64,000 nucleotides of DNA from Eledone cirrhosa (Eukaryota), in assembly GCA_964016885.1 (NCBI GenBank), contig OZ024742.1, positions 211,854,001 through 211,918,000 of the forward strand, read 5' to 3'. A program made the position numbers and the translations under genes. Position 1 is the stretch's first letter. The number at the start of each line of letters is the position of its first letter. Positions 35,341-47,610 of this stretch are shown piece after piece. A model generated the notes under the pieces. The model was given only the letters and a program-made list of their open reading frames with translations. It searched no databases and was not told the origin of the DNA.

Positions 35341-35976
35341 TTTATATGCTCCGATCATTCCAGACCTATATCTGGATGAAACGATCATAAGCCATTAAAT
35401 GCCTTAAACAAAATTTGATTGTTATTTATGTTGTATTTCTGCTCTGTATTATATTTGATATTTTACATTGAGCTACTTATTCTACTGGTAATCAGGTAAT
35501 GTACAATATTACCCTTATCTTATTTATATTTCTATATATAAATATAACTATTACTATGTATATATATTATATATCACCTTGATCACCTTGACCGACCTGT
35601 CTGTCGCCGCCATCCGGCGCCGCTGGTCACAGCATGCCGTGCTGTTTTAGCCATACGATGACGCCATCCCACTGGCTGGGCGGGCAGGCCGTAAGTTTAA
35701 AGTCTGTCTTAAGCCAGAAGGCTCATTTGGCCGGTGCTTATCCCGGTTTCATGGCGAGAAGCGACTGAGAGTGCAAGACTCCCCCCTGGACAGGACGCCA
35801 GTCCACCGCAGGGTTAAACCTCCAGCTATTGCTGGTACTCATTTTCAGCTGAGTAAACTGGAGCAACGTGAAATAAAGTGTCTTGCTCCAGGAAACAACA
35901 CATCACCCGGTCCAGGAATTGAACTCACAACCTTTCGATTGCAAGCCTACTGCTCTAACCACTAAGCCATGTCCCT

Positions 35977-36224
35977 AAAAAGTATGACCCCGACGGCAGA
36001 GCTCAAGCCATGTACAATCTTTCCATATAAAGAAGTACCCCCTTGAAAAGTTCGGTTATTTATTCACCAGGCTAAAAATTCTAATTTAGTCCACAAATAG
36101 CCGTCGAAACGGCTTGGGCTCTGCCGTCGGGGTCATACTTTTTCCTATTTCCCACTCTACTAGCCTAAGTATTGAGTACTTTGGTGCGTTATGGTCCATC
36201 TGGTTCCTTACCACAATTCCTTTG

Positions 36225-36226
<2 letters not shown>
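35977..36226 (+). mobile_element. Inverted-repeat element with a decayed hammerhead-like core
   Basis: 33-bp arms aaaaagtatgaccccgacggcagagc / gctctgccgtcggggtcatacttttt; tail 36142-36224 recurs reverse-complemented at 15545-15627. Confidence 0.6.
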
Positions 36227-36284
<58 letters not shown>

Positions 36285-36330
36285 TTATTTAAAGACTAAA
36301 TCCAAAGAGGGTTCGATAAGGATAAATATC

Positions 36331-37222
36331 CAGGGTGAGGACGATATTTGTTCGCAATTTTCAACTGCTAATTTTATGCAAATTTCTTTTACTTCCGTTG
36401 TCACTCTTGTCTTCATAAAAACAGTGACTATATTTCCATTATTTATTTTCAGAATAATTGATTACGAATAATTTTGAACCTCCAAATTTGTGGAAGAGAC
36501 ACGAAGTTCTTCTTGGAATCCGCGCTGGGAGGACAAATAAGGAAATTTCAGACTTTCTCAGCGTCAGCAGGAGAATGGTGTCTCATCCAAAGATGTGCCC
36601 AGAGTCATGCAGACAAAGTTTCCAGTGACAACATTGGTCTTAGGTGTCGTCAGCAGTCAAGGTGACGTCATGCCACCTCACTTCTTCCCTGAGGGCCTCA
36701 AGCTGAACACCGATGGCTACATCCGCGTTCTGAGCGAGGTAGTAAAGCCCTGGATCAACCAGGTAGCTGCAGGTAGGCCGTACGTGTGGCAGCAAGACTC
36801 AGCGCCCTGCCATACCAGCTGAAAGACCCAAGCCTGGCTGTCAGAGAACTTCGTCGACCACACTTCACCTGACATCTGGCCACCCAGCTCGCCTGACTGC
36901 AACCCCCTCGACTTCTTTGTGTGGGGCGCAGTGGAATGAGACTCCAACAGATCTAGCTGCAATACGAAAGACGATCTGAAGGCCAGGATCACAAGTGCCT
37001 TTAGGGGCCTAAGTCGGGAGACAGTGACGAAGGCCTGTAGCCGGTTCCGAGGCCGCCTTGAGGCCGTCATCAAAGCCAATGACGGGTTTATCGAGTGAGA
37101 TCGAAAGAACAACTCATGAAGACAAACTGACCCAAGTTTGATAAATATATCTTAAAAAATAAAACTACTATGTTACTTTTTCCTAGACAGTAATCTTGCG
37201 AACAAATATTGTCCGCACCCTG
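36331..37222 (+). mobile_element. Internally deleted Tc1/mariner-superfamily transposon, DD37D (maT) type
   Basis: TIRs cagggtgaggacgatatttgttcgcaa / ttgcgaacaaatattgtccgcaccctg-TA. Transposase remnant WQQDSAPCH...WPPSSPDCNPLDFFVWG has 37 residues between the last two Asp; two in-frame stops. Confidence 0.88.
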
Positions 37223-37273
37223 TATATCAGATATATAAGAACCGTAGAGCAAATATTTATTAAAAAACATTTA

Positions 37274-37314
<41 letters not shown>

Positions 37315-37403
37315 TATATAGAACACTTATGTTTAAAAAGACATAGTAACTGTTACTATGAAGAAATGTTATTTAAACAGATGATTGATGTTACTTGTTG
37401 CAG

Positions 37404-37529
37404 GAGAAAATTAAATTATTTGTTACTGCTGTTGTTGATGGAGATGTGGAGGAAGTAACCAACAACTTATTTACCAATGATCCAGAACTCTCTGCTTTTG
37501 AACCTTGCCTTGCTGGAGCCAGATACAAG
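37404..37529 (+). CDS. Ankyrin-repeat protein exon (EKIKLFVTAVVDGDVEEVTNNLFTNDPELSAFEPCLAGARYK)
   Basis: ttgcag acceptor, gtaaac donor, 126 bp; AV..GD...V motif. Confidence 0.87.
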
Positions 37530-38141
37530 GTAAACCAAATCTTCTTTCAGTGCTATGGCATTCTTTCATTTTATGTTTTATTTCTATCATCATCATCATC
37601 GTCATCATTGTTTAATGTACATTTTCCATGCTAGCATGGGTTAGATGGGTTGTCCTATTAGAGGCAAGTTGGGTCAGGTGACCATGTCTTGCTCATATAG
37701 AACTGTTTCTGGCTAAATTTCTACAGCTGGATGCCCTTCCTAACGCCAACCACATTACAGTGTGGGCTGGGTACTTTTTGTCATTACATCCTGCACAACC
37801 ACTTGACAGTGTGGACTGGGTGTTTTTTGTTGTGACACCTACATGACCACTTTACAGTGTGGACTGGGTGTTTTTTGTTGTGACACCTACATGACCTACA
37901 TGACCATTGTACAGTGTGGACTGGGTTTTTTTTGTCATGACACCTACTAAAATATATTCATTAACTCTATATAAGGAAGTATTTGTTGGCATGTTCTAAT
38001 AACAGTGTTTACAAACCATTTAAAAAAAAACACTAGAATCAAATAGATCATGTTTTATGGTGTTTATTTTTTTCTTTTAAGATTCCCTGAATCTATTTGT
38101 GAATGACTAATCAATATTATGAAATCTTCAACTTTCTCTAG

Positions 38142-38261
38142 GGTGATGGACAACCTGTGCTCCACAAGGCAGTTCTCAGATGTTATGTCCCAATTGTAAG
38201 GACCTTAGTACATACCCTTGTTTACAAAAATAAATTAAATCTTGACTCTTTAAGAGACCAG
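38142..38261 (+). CDS. Ankyrin-repeat protein exon (GDGQPVLHKAVLRCYVPIVRTLVHTLVYKNKLNLDSLRDQ)
   Basis: ctctag acceptor, gttagt donor, 120 bp; G...LHKAV....IV..L ankyrin motif. Confidence 0.9.
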
Positions 38262-38644
38262 GTTAGTAAACATTCTGATATGTTATCTTTAAAACTTTTA
38301 CTGTTTTACTTTGACTTTTCCTCAGTTGTGTGACCAAACTAGTATTCTATAAATAAACAATCAATAATATACTAAATACATTGAATTTGACCATACTGCA
38401 GTTTTTGCTGGTCTTATTTATGCCAGTCTCGAATTTGGTAATTTTTTCAGACTCACAGAGACTAAGTTTTTTTAGCGGTAGTCTTTAATTATTTCATTAA
38501 AACTACATCATTGGGTTGTAAGAGATTTCTTGGGAGTGAACAGTGTTACACATTGCTTCATCTCCTCTAGTAGCTTACCACATTTTTGTCTGGGACAGCA
38601 TATTACTCCAGCAGGAGCTCACATATATCATAATTAATCATTAT

Positions 38645-39600
38645 ATCTGGAGGCATTTGCGACCCATTCTCTAGCAGATCTCCCTGAACAAACTGTGGAG
38701 GACAGAGTGGTAACTATTCAGGTCAGCAGTTTCTGCTTCATTTGTTAAATGCTAAAAGCAAAAGCAGCTCAGTGTGGTGCCGGGTGGCAGAAGGACCCTT
38801 CTGGTCAATCATGAGGACCCCCTGATTCAATCAGGAGGTTAAAGATGCCAAGCAAAGAAGGAGGCTTACAAAACTTGGCATGGCAATAAGTCCTTCTTTT
38901 TGCACTTGCAGTACAAGCAGTTGCAAAAAATCATATCAGAGGCAGTAAAGGCATCAAAGATTAAGACTTGGGAAGACTTTGGGGTTAACATGAAATCCAA
39001 CTTTAGATTAGCAAATAAAGTATTCTGGCAGACCATCTCTCAACTTTGTAACAAAAAGTCCCCCTCCACACCTGCTATCAGGAACACATCTGGGGTTCTT
39101 CTTTCTGAAGTGAACTGCATCCTCGTGAGGTGGAGAGAATACTTTGCTGATCTCTTCAATCGAGCCTCAATAACATCTTTCTTGTACATGAGGTGCATCT
39201 TGTACATGAGAAATTAAAGCACTTAAATGTGGCATAGTCTCTCAAGAGGATGAAATTTGGCCTGAGATGTTGAAAGCCTTAAATAGAGAAGGTATACTCT
39301 GGGTGGCCTGGGTTTCTGGAAAAGCACCAAAGCATTGGCAATTTGGAGTGCTATTCACAATTTTCAAAAAGAGGGACAAAAGTGATTACTCTAATTATAG
39401 AGGAATTCCTTGTTAAACCTTCTTTGTCAAGTCTATGCTAAGTGTCTGGCAAAGAGATGTAGGGATATTGTCAAGTTCAAGCACAATGTAGTTTTCATCC
39501 TGGATGCAGCACAAATATTCATTCTGTGGCAGGTCTTTGAGAAATTGGGGGAGTATTGCCAAGAAGTGTATGCTTGTTTAGAAGACCTTGTTGTGGAAGA
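38645..39600 (+). mobile_element. Decayed RTE-like LINE internal fragment
   Basis: WEDFG..M..NF..ANKVFWQTI..L, RWREYFADLFN and KKRDKSDYSNYRGI motifs, with frameshifts. Confidence 0.7.
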
Positions 39601-39765
39601 TTCTGAAAATTATAAACAGGAGAGGAGACAATACACACTTTTGGTGGTGTCTGACACCAATATTGGTTTCAATTTAACACTATTTATCTGCACATGAATA
39701 CTAGGGCATTCATCAAGGTAACAAGAAGCTGTTACCCTTGCAGATACATTATTTGAAGAACTACT

Positions 39766-39956
39766 AGTGGCGGTGGTTTGGCAGTATCGGTAGAGTGTCG
39801 GACACCATGCTTTGCAGCAAAGAGTTACGGTCCTTGCAATTCTGAGTTCAAATCCCGCCAACGTTAACTTTGCCTTTCATCATTAAAGGGTCGATAAAAT
39901 AAAGTACCAGTAATGTACTGAGATAATTGCTGGCCTTGTGCCAAAAAGTAGAAACA
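39766..39956 (+). mobile_element. Young tRNA-derived SINE with an 18-bp TSD
   Basis: attatttgaagaactact at 39748-39765 and 39957-39974. Confidence 0.9.
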
Positions 39957-40322
39957 ATTATTTGAAGAACTACTGTAGTTTAATCTCTGTGGAAATGAAA
40001 TTACTATTTAACATCATCAAAGACTGGCTCTTTGGACTCATGTATGCCATATTCCTATTAAACAAATATTCTGGGTCTTTAATATTCACAACTGAAGTTT
40101 ATAAGAGGTGTTAAGATAGAAGTAAGCCTTGTGAGTGATAGCTGTCAACTGTCTTAACCTAAACCCATCAGGAAATTATTTTTTTTTTTTTAATTTAAAA
40201 CTAATTCACACCAATTTTTAACTTGTTTCTTAACCTAAACATACCAGGAAATGAATATATTAAAAAAACATTCAAGTTAATTTACACCAATTTTTTGCTT
40301 TTTTTTTTTTTTGTATTTTCAG

Positions 40323-40424
40323 TTTTACCGAACTGCACTTCACTATGCACATGGAATGCCTGAAGATAATGAAATATCAAATATCTTGATTGATTATGGG
40401 TGTTCTGAGTTTACTGTTGATAAG
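40323..40424 (+). CDS. Ankyrin-repeat protein exon (FYRTALHYAHGMPEDNEISNILIDYGCSEFTVDK)
   Basis: ttttcag acceptor, gtttgt donor, 102 bp; RTALHYA...LI.YG ankyrin motif. Confidence 0.92.
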
Positions 40425-41428
40425 GTTTGTTTTCTTCCAGGGTCAATAAAATAAAGTAGCATGCACATACTGGGGTCAATATAAGTGGCTTTCCCTTCCC
40501 CCCAAATTGCTGGCCTTGTGCCAATGTCAGAAAAAATTATTATGTTACTTCATAATTTCTGTGAAAATGCTAGCCATTTCAGTAAAACTCTCTAATTACA
40601 ATCATTGACCATCATCATCACCATTGTTGTTTAATGCCTGCTTTCCTTGCTAGCAAAGATTAGGATGGGTCTACATAGACCATGAACTGAAGAAGGGCTA
40701 CTGGCCTCCCAGACAGGCCCACGGTTCTGCATCCCACTTACATATGGTCTAGGAGAAGGCAACTCAGGAAATTGGGATAACTCCGATATAAAACCTGTGG
40801 CTCAGTAGTTACCGATGATGTTGATCTTTTCTTCTTTTCGGGCTATAGCTACTGTTGCTCAGAGAGTGGGATTGGCTCAGTGCACAGTCTTCCCTCACTT
40901 TAAAAAATATCTTCACACACAGGCATTACACAATAGAATTAATTAATAATTATTAATAATGTTATATCGTGCAATGGCCATACTCGATGGGGCAACCATC
41001 ATGTATGTATGTGTGTGTATGTATGTATGCATGCCTGTGTGTATGATTAAACTTGCAATAATATAAATGAATAATCTTTTTATTTATTTACTTTATATAT
41101 TTAAAATTATTTAGCGTTTCATCATTTTTTTATTGTTTATTATTTTTAATATTTGCTTATCATAGAGAGGTGAATTGGCAGAATTAGCAGAGTATCTGAT
41201 AAAATGCCTTTGCAGTATTTATTCTGGTTCTTTACATTCTGAGTTCCAATCCTGCCAAGGTCAACTCTGCCTTTCATCCATCAGGGGTTAATAAAATAAA
41301 GTACCAGTCAAATACTAGGTTGATTCAATCAACTCTGCCCTTCTCCAAAATTTACTAGCCTTGTTCTTAAATTAGAAAGAAATATTTGTTCATCATTATT
41401 TATAAGTTTCTATCATTCATCTTATTAG

Positions 41429-41509
41429 GATGGTCGTTCACCATTGTCTTTCAAAGATCGCAGAAACCAAAAGTCAATGGCTGATCTACTGCAATACCAA
41501 CTAAAGCAG
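41429..41509 (+). CDS. Ankyrin-repeat protein exon (DGRSPLSFKDRRNQKSMADLLQYQLKQ)
   Basis: ttattag acceptor, gtaatt donor, 81 bp; the junction gives the ankyrin hairpin DKDGRSPL. Confidence 0.88.
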
Positions 41510-41823
41510 GTAATTTTTATTTTTCTATATATTTTTTCTTGGCTACAGAAATAAATTATTGAAGTTCTGTGATGATGGCAATGATTGTAGTCAATAAAAT
41601 AAATAACAGTCAAGTACTAGAGTCAAATCAATCATCCCAAATTTATGGTTAGTTACCAAAGTTTGGTTCTATAGACTGGGGAATGGCAAGCAAAAAGCCT
41701 AGCAGTATTTACCATATATTCTTAAATATAAGCTAATCTGAATATATAAGCCAACTCCTTATTTTAACTGTGGGAAACCAAATCAGAACAACCTGTCATC
41801 CCCTGTATATAATCATTGACTGG

Positions 41824-41991
41824 AATCAAGGTACAAATTGTTGTCCTTAATTGCAGGTAGTCTATAATCAAGGTACAAATTGTTGTCCTTAATTGCAGGT
41901 AGTCTATAATCAAGGTACAAATTGTTGTCCTTAATTGCAGGTAGTCTATAATCAAGGTACAAATTGTTGTCCTTAAATGCAGGTAGTCTAT
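41824..41991. repeat. 42-bp tandem repeat, 4 copies
   Basis: aatcaaggtacaaattgttgtccttaattgcaggtagtctat repeated. Confidence 0.95.
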
Positions 41992-42465
41992 GCAACAAGA
42001 TACATCTTTTTGACTTGACTCCTAAGTCAAAAGTATCGACCCTGACTTCATTACAGTCACGGAAACATGGGCACATCCCTTACTCTGTAATGGGGTTTTC
42101 AGCATAACTGGCTACAACTTGTTTTGAAAAAGACCGCATTAATGGTGGTGATGGTGGTGGTGGTGTAATGGTCTACGTGCGGTCAAATTTTTCAGCAATT
42201 CCTTGTGTTGATATGAACCAATCGAAGCGAGAAGTATTTTTCTGCGATATATGTATGACCATGTCAACACTGCTACTTGGAGTCGTTTACCGTCCCCCGA
42301 ATGACCATCAGGACACTCAACTTTGTGATATCCTCAGAGCTGCTGCCAGGAAAACAGCCACTTATGTTTTTATTGGAGGGGACTTCAATAACCCTGAGAT
42401 TGACTGGGAAACCTTTCGTTGGCTGCAAAGTGCAAATGGTTTCCTTGAGCTAGTGCTGGACTCAA
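41955..42465 (+). mobile_element. CR1/L2-like APE endonuclease fragment
   Basis: LSLNAGSLCNK, DFITVTETW, GGGGVMVYVRS, LGVVYRPP and GGDFNNPEIDW motifs. Confidence 0.8.
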
Positions 42466-44580
42466 AAAGGTCCAAAGTTTTCATTTCAGCAGTAAATGGA
42501 ACTTCTGAAATTTGTAGTCCATTACTGTATCTTTGTGCAGCTTTTGTAATGGAGTATGATCTTTTGATGCTTTCGTGTTTCAAAACGAGTTTGATCATCC
42601 AATCATGTGATTCCCTTAGATATGTAGATAATCCAATTGTTGCAGTTTTCAACGCAATATCTAACTGGATTAACCCACATCCTCCTTCTTTCCTAGGGAG
42701 ATATATTATATCTGTATCTGCCTTAGGGTGATGCATTCTGTGCATGGTTAAGAATTTTCTCATTTTTGTATCGAGCCTACGGATCTCTGTGCTTGACCAG
42801 TTGATGACATTGTAACTGTAGGTTACTACTGGTATGGCAAGCGTGTTTATGGCATTGATCCTATTCCTTGCATTCAATTCCGTTCTTAAGATTGCTCTTA
42901 CTCTGCGGTAACATTCCCTCCTTATCCTTTCCCTCATTGTCGAGTGCTTGATTCCGTCTCCTTCACAAATACCTAGATATTTGTAAGTTTCCTCTTGATC
43001 AAGTTCTCTTATCACATTCCCCCGATCAAGATTAATGTCTGAACTTTTCAGCAGCTTTCCTCTGGTGAACATTGCTTTGTCATCACTGAACTGCTTCACA
43101 GTGGATAATAGCCCTTGCAATTGTTCATCATTTTTTGCAAATAGTTTCAGGTCATCCATGTAGAACAAGTGATTAATGGTTTTGTCATAGACTTTATATC
43201 CATGTTTTGTTTCATTGAGCATTTTACTTAATGGTATAAGTGCGATGCAGAATAAAAGCAGTGATAAAGAGTCACCCTGAAAAATTCCACAATTAATATT
43301 AACTTCTCCAGCTTCCAGTGGTTTTTTTTCACTATTCAAAAGGAGTGTCGTTTTCCATGTCTTCATACTGAAAGACAGGAACCTCCTGACAACGGGAGAT
43401 AATTTGAAAATCTATAAACATTTTTCAATCCATCTGTGTGGTAAACTATCAAATACTTTTTTGTAATCTATCCAAGCAATTGATAGATTTTTGTGTCTAT
43501 TATGACAGTCTTCCAGTATCATTTTGTTAACCAAAAGCTGATCTTTACAGCCATATGAGCCTCGTTTACACCCTTTCTGTTCATTGGGAAATAGATCATT
43601 TGTTATCAGGTGATCATATGTATATTCAGTTAGGACTGATGTTAAGATTTTATAAATTGTGGTCAAGCAAGTTATCGGTCTGTAATTTTTGGGATTGTTT
43701 GTCTCATCATTCTTCGGAAGTAGGAATGTAATGCCGTTAACTAGCCATGATGGTATCTTTTCTGGCTCCTTAACTATTTCATTGTAAAGTTGGGTTAACA
43801 GCGCATGAGACTCTGTGAAGGCATTTATCAAAAAATTTGGTATTTTGTCTTTTCCTGGGGATTTCCATTTGCTAAGAGCCAAACGCAACTGTTCAACTGT
43901 TATATTTTCCCATATTTGTTCCTCAAGGTGAGCTGTATCTTTCATTTGTCATAGGGCATGTATATTATGAACTTTTTCTTTGGCCCAGATCTTTTCCCAG
44001 AATTCTTGCACTTCCTCCTTGGTTGGTATTGATTTAGTAGTTATTGTTGACTTGCCAATTTTTCTGTAGAAGTTTCTTTGGTTGTTTTTGAACATATTAT
44101 TGTCCTTATAGAATCTAGATCGTTTTTCAAAGCGTCTTATACGAGCAGCTTTGGCTGACACTTTTTGCTTGATTATTTCTATCAGCATGTATATGTCACT
44201 TGTTGATTTTATACTGTATTTTCTTTTCAATTTTCTAAGTTTAGTTTGTTTAACATGTTCACCTACTTTGTAGTTTGTTAAAATTTCTATGTCAGATCAG
44301 AGAAGGTTTATTTGGCGATTGATGTTCTCTTGCCAAGTAGGTTTCTTGTGGGAATTCCTTTGTTTTTTCATTTTCACTCCACATAAGTGAGTGGTGATTT
44401 TAGCCGATGCATAATAGAGATGATTTAGATCAGTAATGTTTAGTTTGTTTGTGATGATAATGTTTTTGAGAATTATGTTAGTCTTGTGTATTATCTTTTG
44501 GTTCTGTTTGGAGTTCTGGATCTTAGGGAGAGTGTCTCGTTCTCCCATTTGATATATGTCTGTTCTGTATTCGATCTATT
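42465..44580 (-). mobile_element. R4/Dong-like non-LTR retrotransposon fragment
   Basis: WKSPGKD.I, NYRPITCL, EQKGC..GSYGCKDQLL, AWIDYKK.FDS, GIFQGDSLS, HLFYMDDLKLF, YKYLG, YLPRKEGGCGL; few disruptions. Confidence 0.9.
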
Positions 44581-44907
44581 TGATGGGTAGTACATGGCAG
44601 TGTAGAAAGCCTCAAGGACTTCTTTATTATTATTATTATTATTATTATGCCTGAGAAATGGATAAAAATGTAAACCCTGTGTGTAAGCTGAGGCAGCTAA
44701 TCAACACATAATATTTAGATGGTTTGGTTTTGAAATTCTCATGAGTGGAGGATGTTTTTATGAAGTTTTGATACTTTGGTATTTAAAATGTTTTAAGTGA
44801 TGCTTAGAGAGTATAGTTTTTGTTTCACAACTCCATTATGTAATAATTTTTTTACCTATTTCCAACCATTTTGAAGGCCATGTTCATTTAAAATACATAA
44901 AATACAA

Positions 44908-46635
44908 ATTTCACCTCCAAAGTAAATCCAGCATAATATTCACCTCCAAAGTAAAACATAATATTCACCTCCAAAATAAAACCAGTATAAAACTCACATC
45001 CAAAGTAAAACCAGTATAATACTCACCTCCAAAGTAAAACCAGCATAATACTCACCTCCAAAGTAAAACCAGCATAATACTCACCTCCAAAGTAAATCCA
45101 GCATAATATTCACCTCCAAAGTAAAACAGGTGTAATATTCACCTCCAAAGTAAAACAGGTGTAATATTCACCTCCAAAGTAAGACAGGTGTAATATTCAC
45201 CTCCAAAGTAAAACATAATATTCACCTCCAAAATAAAACCAGTATAAAACTCACATCCAAAGTAAAACCAGCATAATACTCACCTCCAAAGTAAAACCAG
45301 CAAAATGCTCACCTCCAAAGTAAAACCAGTATAATACTCACCTCCAAAGTAAAACCACTGTAATATTCACCTCCAAAGTAAAACAGGTGTAATATTCACC
45401 TCCAAAGTAAAACCACTGTAATATTCACCTCCAAAGTAAGACAGGTGTAATATTCACCTCCAAAGTAAAACAGGTGTAATATTCACCTCCAAAGTAAAAC
45501 CAGTGTAATATTCACTCCAAAGTAAAACAGGTGTAATATTCACCTCCAAAGTAAAACAGGTGTAATATTCACCTCCAAAGTAAAACCAGTGTAATATTCA
45601 CCTCCAAAGTAAAACCAATGTAATATTCACCTCCAAAGTAAAACCACTGTAATATTCACTCCAAAGTAAAACAGGTGTAATATTCACCTCCAAAGTAAAA
45701 CCACTGTAATATTCACCTCCAAAGTAAAATCAATGTAATATTCACCTCCAAAGTAAAATCAATGTAATATTCACTCCAAAGTAAAACAGGTGTAATATTC
45801 ACTCCAAAGTAAAACCGGTGTAATATTCACCTCCAAAGTAAAACAGGTGTAATATTCACCTCCAAAGTAAAACAGGTGTAATATTCACCTCCAAAGTAAA
45901 ACCACTGTAATATTCACCTCCAAAGTAAAACAGGTGTAATATTCACCTCCAAAGTAAAACAGGTGTAATATTCACTCCAAAGTAAAACCACTGTAATATT
46001 CACTCCAAAGTAAAACCAGTGTAATATTCACTCCAAAGTAAAACAGGTGTAATATTCACCTCCAAAGTAAAACCACTGTAATATTCACCTCCAAAGTAAA
46101 ACCACTGTAATATTCACTCCAAAGTAAAACAGGTGTAATATTCACCTCCAAAGTAAAACCAGTGTAATATTCACCTCCAAAGTAAAGCCAATGTAATATT
46201 CACTCCAAAGTAAAACAGGTGTAATATTCACCTCCAAAGTAAAACAGGTGTAATATTCACCTCCAAAGTAAAACCAATGTAATATTCACCTCCAAAGTAA
46301 AACAGGTGTAATATTCACCTCCAAAGTAAAACCAGTGTAATATTCACCTCCAAAGTAAAGCCAATGTAATATTCACTCCAAAGTAAAACCAATGTAATAT
46401 TCATCTCCAAAGTAAAACAGGTGTAATATTCACCTCCAAAGTAAAACCAATGTAATATTCACCTCCAAAGTAAAACAGGTGTAATATTCACCTCCAAAGT
46501 AAAACCAATGTAATATTCACCTCCAAAGTAAAACAGGTGTAATATTCACTCCAAAGTAAAACCAATGTAATATTCACTCCAAAGTAAAACCAATGTAATA
46601 TTCACCTCCAAAGTAAAACCAGTGTAATATTTATC
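44908..46635. repeat. 28-bp minisatellite, roughly 60 copies
   Basis: Unit taatattcacctccaaagtaaaa+ccagtg/caggtg/ccactg/ccaatg, with 27-bp deletion variants. Confidence 0.97.
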
Positions 46636-47610
46636 CACAAAGCAAAAACATTTTAGCACCTCATTTATGTGGAATTTGAAGTTAGTAAAAATCAGTAAAA
46701 TATTGACCTTGAATATAAGCCAATCCTCCATATTACCATTGATTTTTTTGACACAAATTTCTTTTACAGTAATTATGTTTCCTTACACTCTGAGTCCAAA
46801 TCCTGCAGGAGTCAACTTGGCATTTCATATTTCTGTAGATAGTAAAATAAATTACCAGTCATGTACTAGGGTCACTTCAACTGACTATACCTTCTCCCCT
46901 AAATTACAAATTATTATTATTAATGTCTTGGTAGATTCATTAGAGAATCAGACAAGAATTCTTGTGATATTACTTCTGGTTTTTTACATTCTAAGTTCAG
47001 ATCCTGCCAAAGTCAACATTGCCTTTTATCCTTTTCAATCGATCAAATAGATCAACAACAATCAACCTCATTTTCTTACTGAGTGGGGTGGAATTCATCA
47101 AATTGGACCAAAGAAGCAATATTTGCATTGGTCTTTCGATCACTGATACTATCTACCAGTCACAAATCCTGGCAGAAGGAACAATATAAAATAAAGTGTC
47201 TTTCTCAAGAACATAACGCATCACCCGACCTGGGAATCAAACTCGCAATTGCAAATCCAATTCTCTAACCACTAAGCCACACACCTTTCATTCTTCTGGG
47301 GTTGATAAAACAAAGTACCAGTCTCATACTGAGGTCATTTTAGTTGATTCCTATCCTGACACAAATTGTTGGTCATGTGCCTAAATTAGAAATTTTTGTT
47401 TATTTACTTTCTAAATTCAAATCTCACCAGGTTTGACTTTACTTTTCATTCTTCTGAAAGTTGATAAAATAAAAAATACCAATTAAGATATTTCACTATT
47501 CCTCCAAAATGTCTGAAACTGTGCTTATGTTAGAAGACATTCTTTCTTCATTAATTTACTTGTTTATAACTTAATTAGTTTGTTGTTATTTTATTTTTTT
47601 TTTTTTGCAG

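Larger units (their letters stand above)
32771..35530 (+). mobile_element. Penelope-like 3' end with inverted terminal arms, split by a SINE and an RTE
   Basis: 32771-32838 is the reverse complement of 35367-35434; decayed hammerhead-like motif at 35348-35397. Confidence 0.6.
41710..46722 (+). mobile_element. Non-autonomous DNA transposon split by a 2.9-kb LINE insertion and expanded by a minisatellite
   Basis: 41710-41766 joined to 44648-44905 and 46636-46722 aligns colinearly to the reverse complement of 56785-57262. Confidence 0.7.

Noticed and set aside
44908-46635. CRISPR-like array (constant 22-mer with variable inserts)
   Set aside because: The variable part is only about 6 nt with a few recurring variants, there are no cas genes, and the context is a eukaryotic intron; it is a minisatellite.
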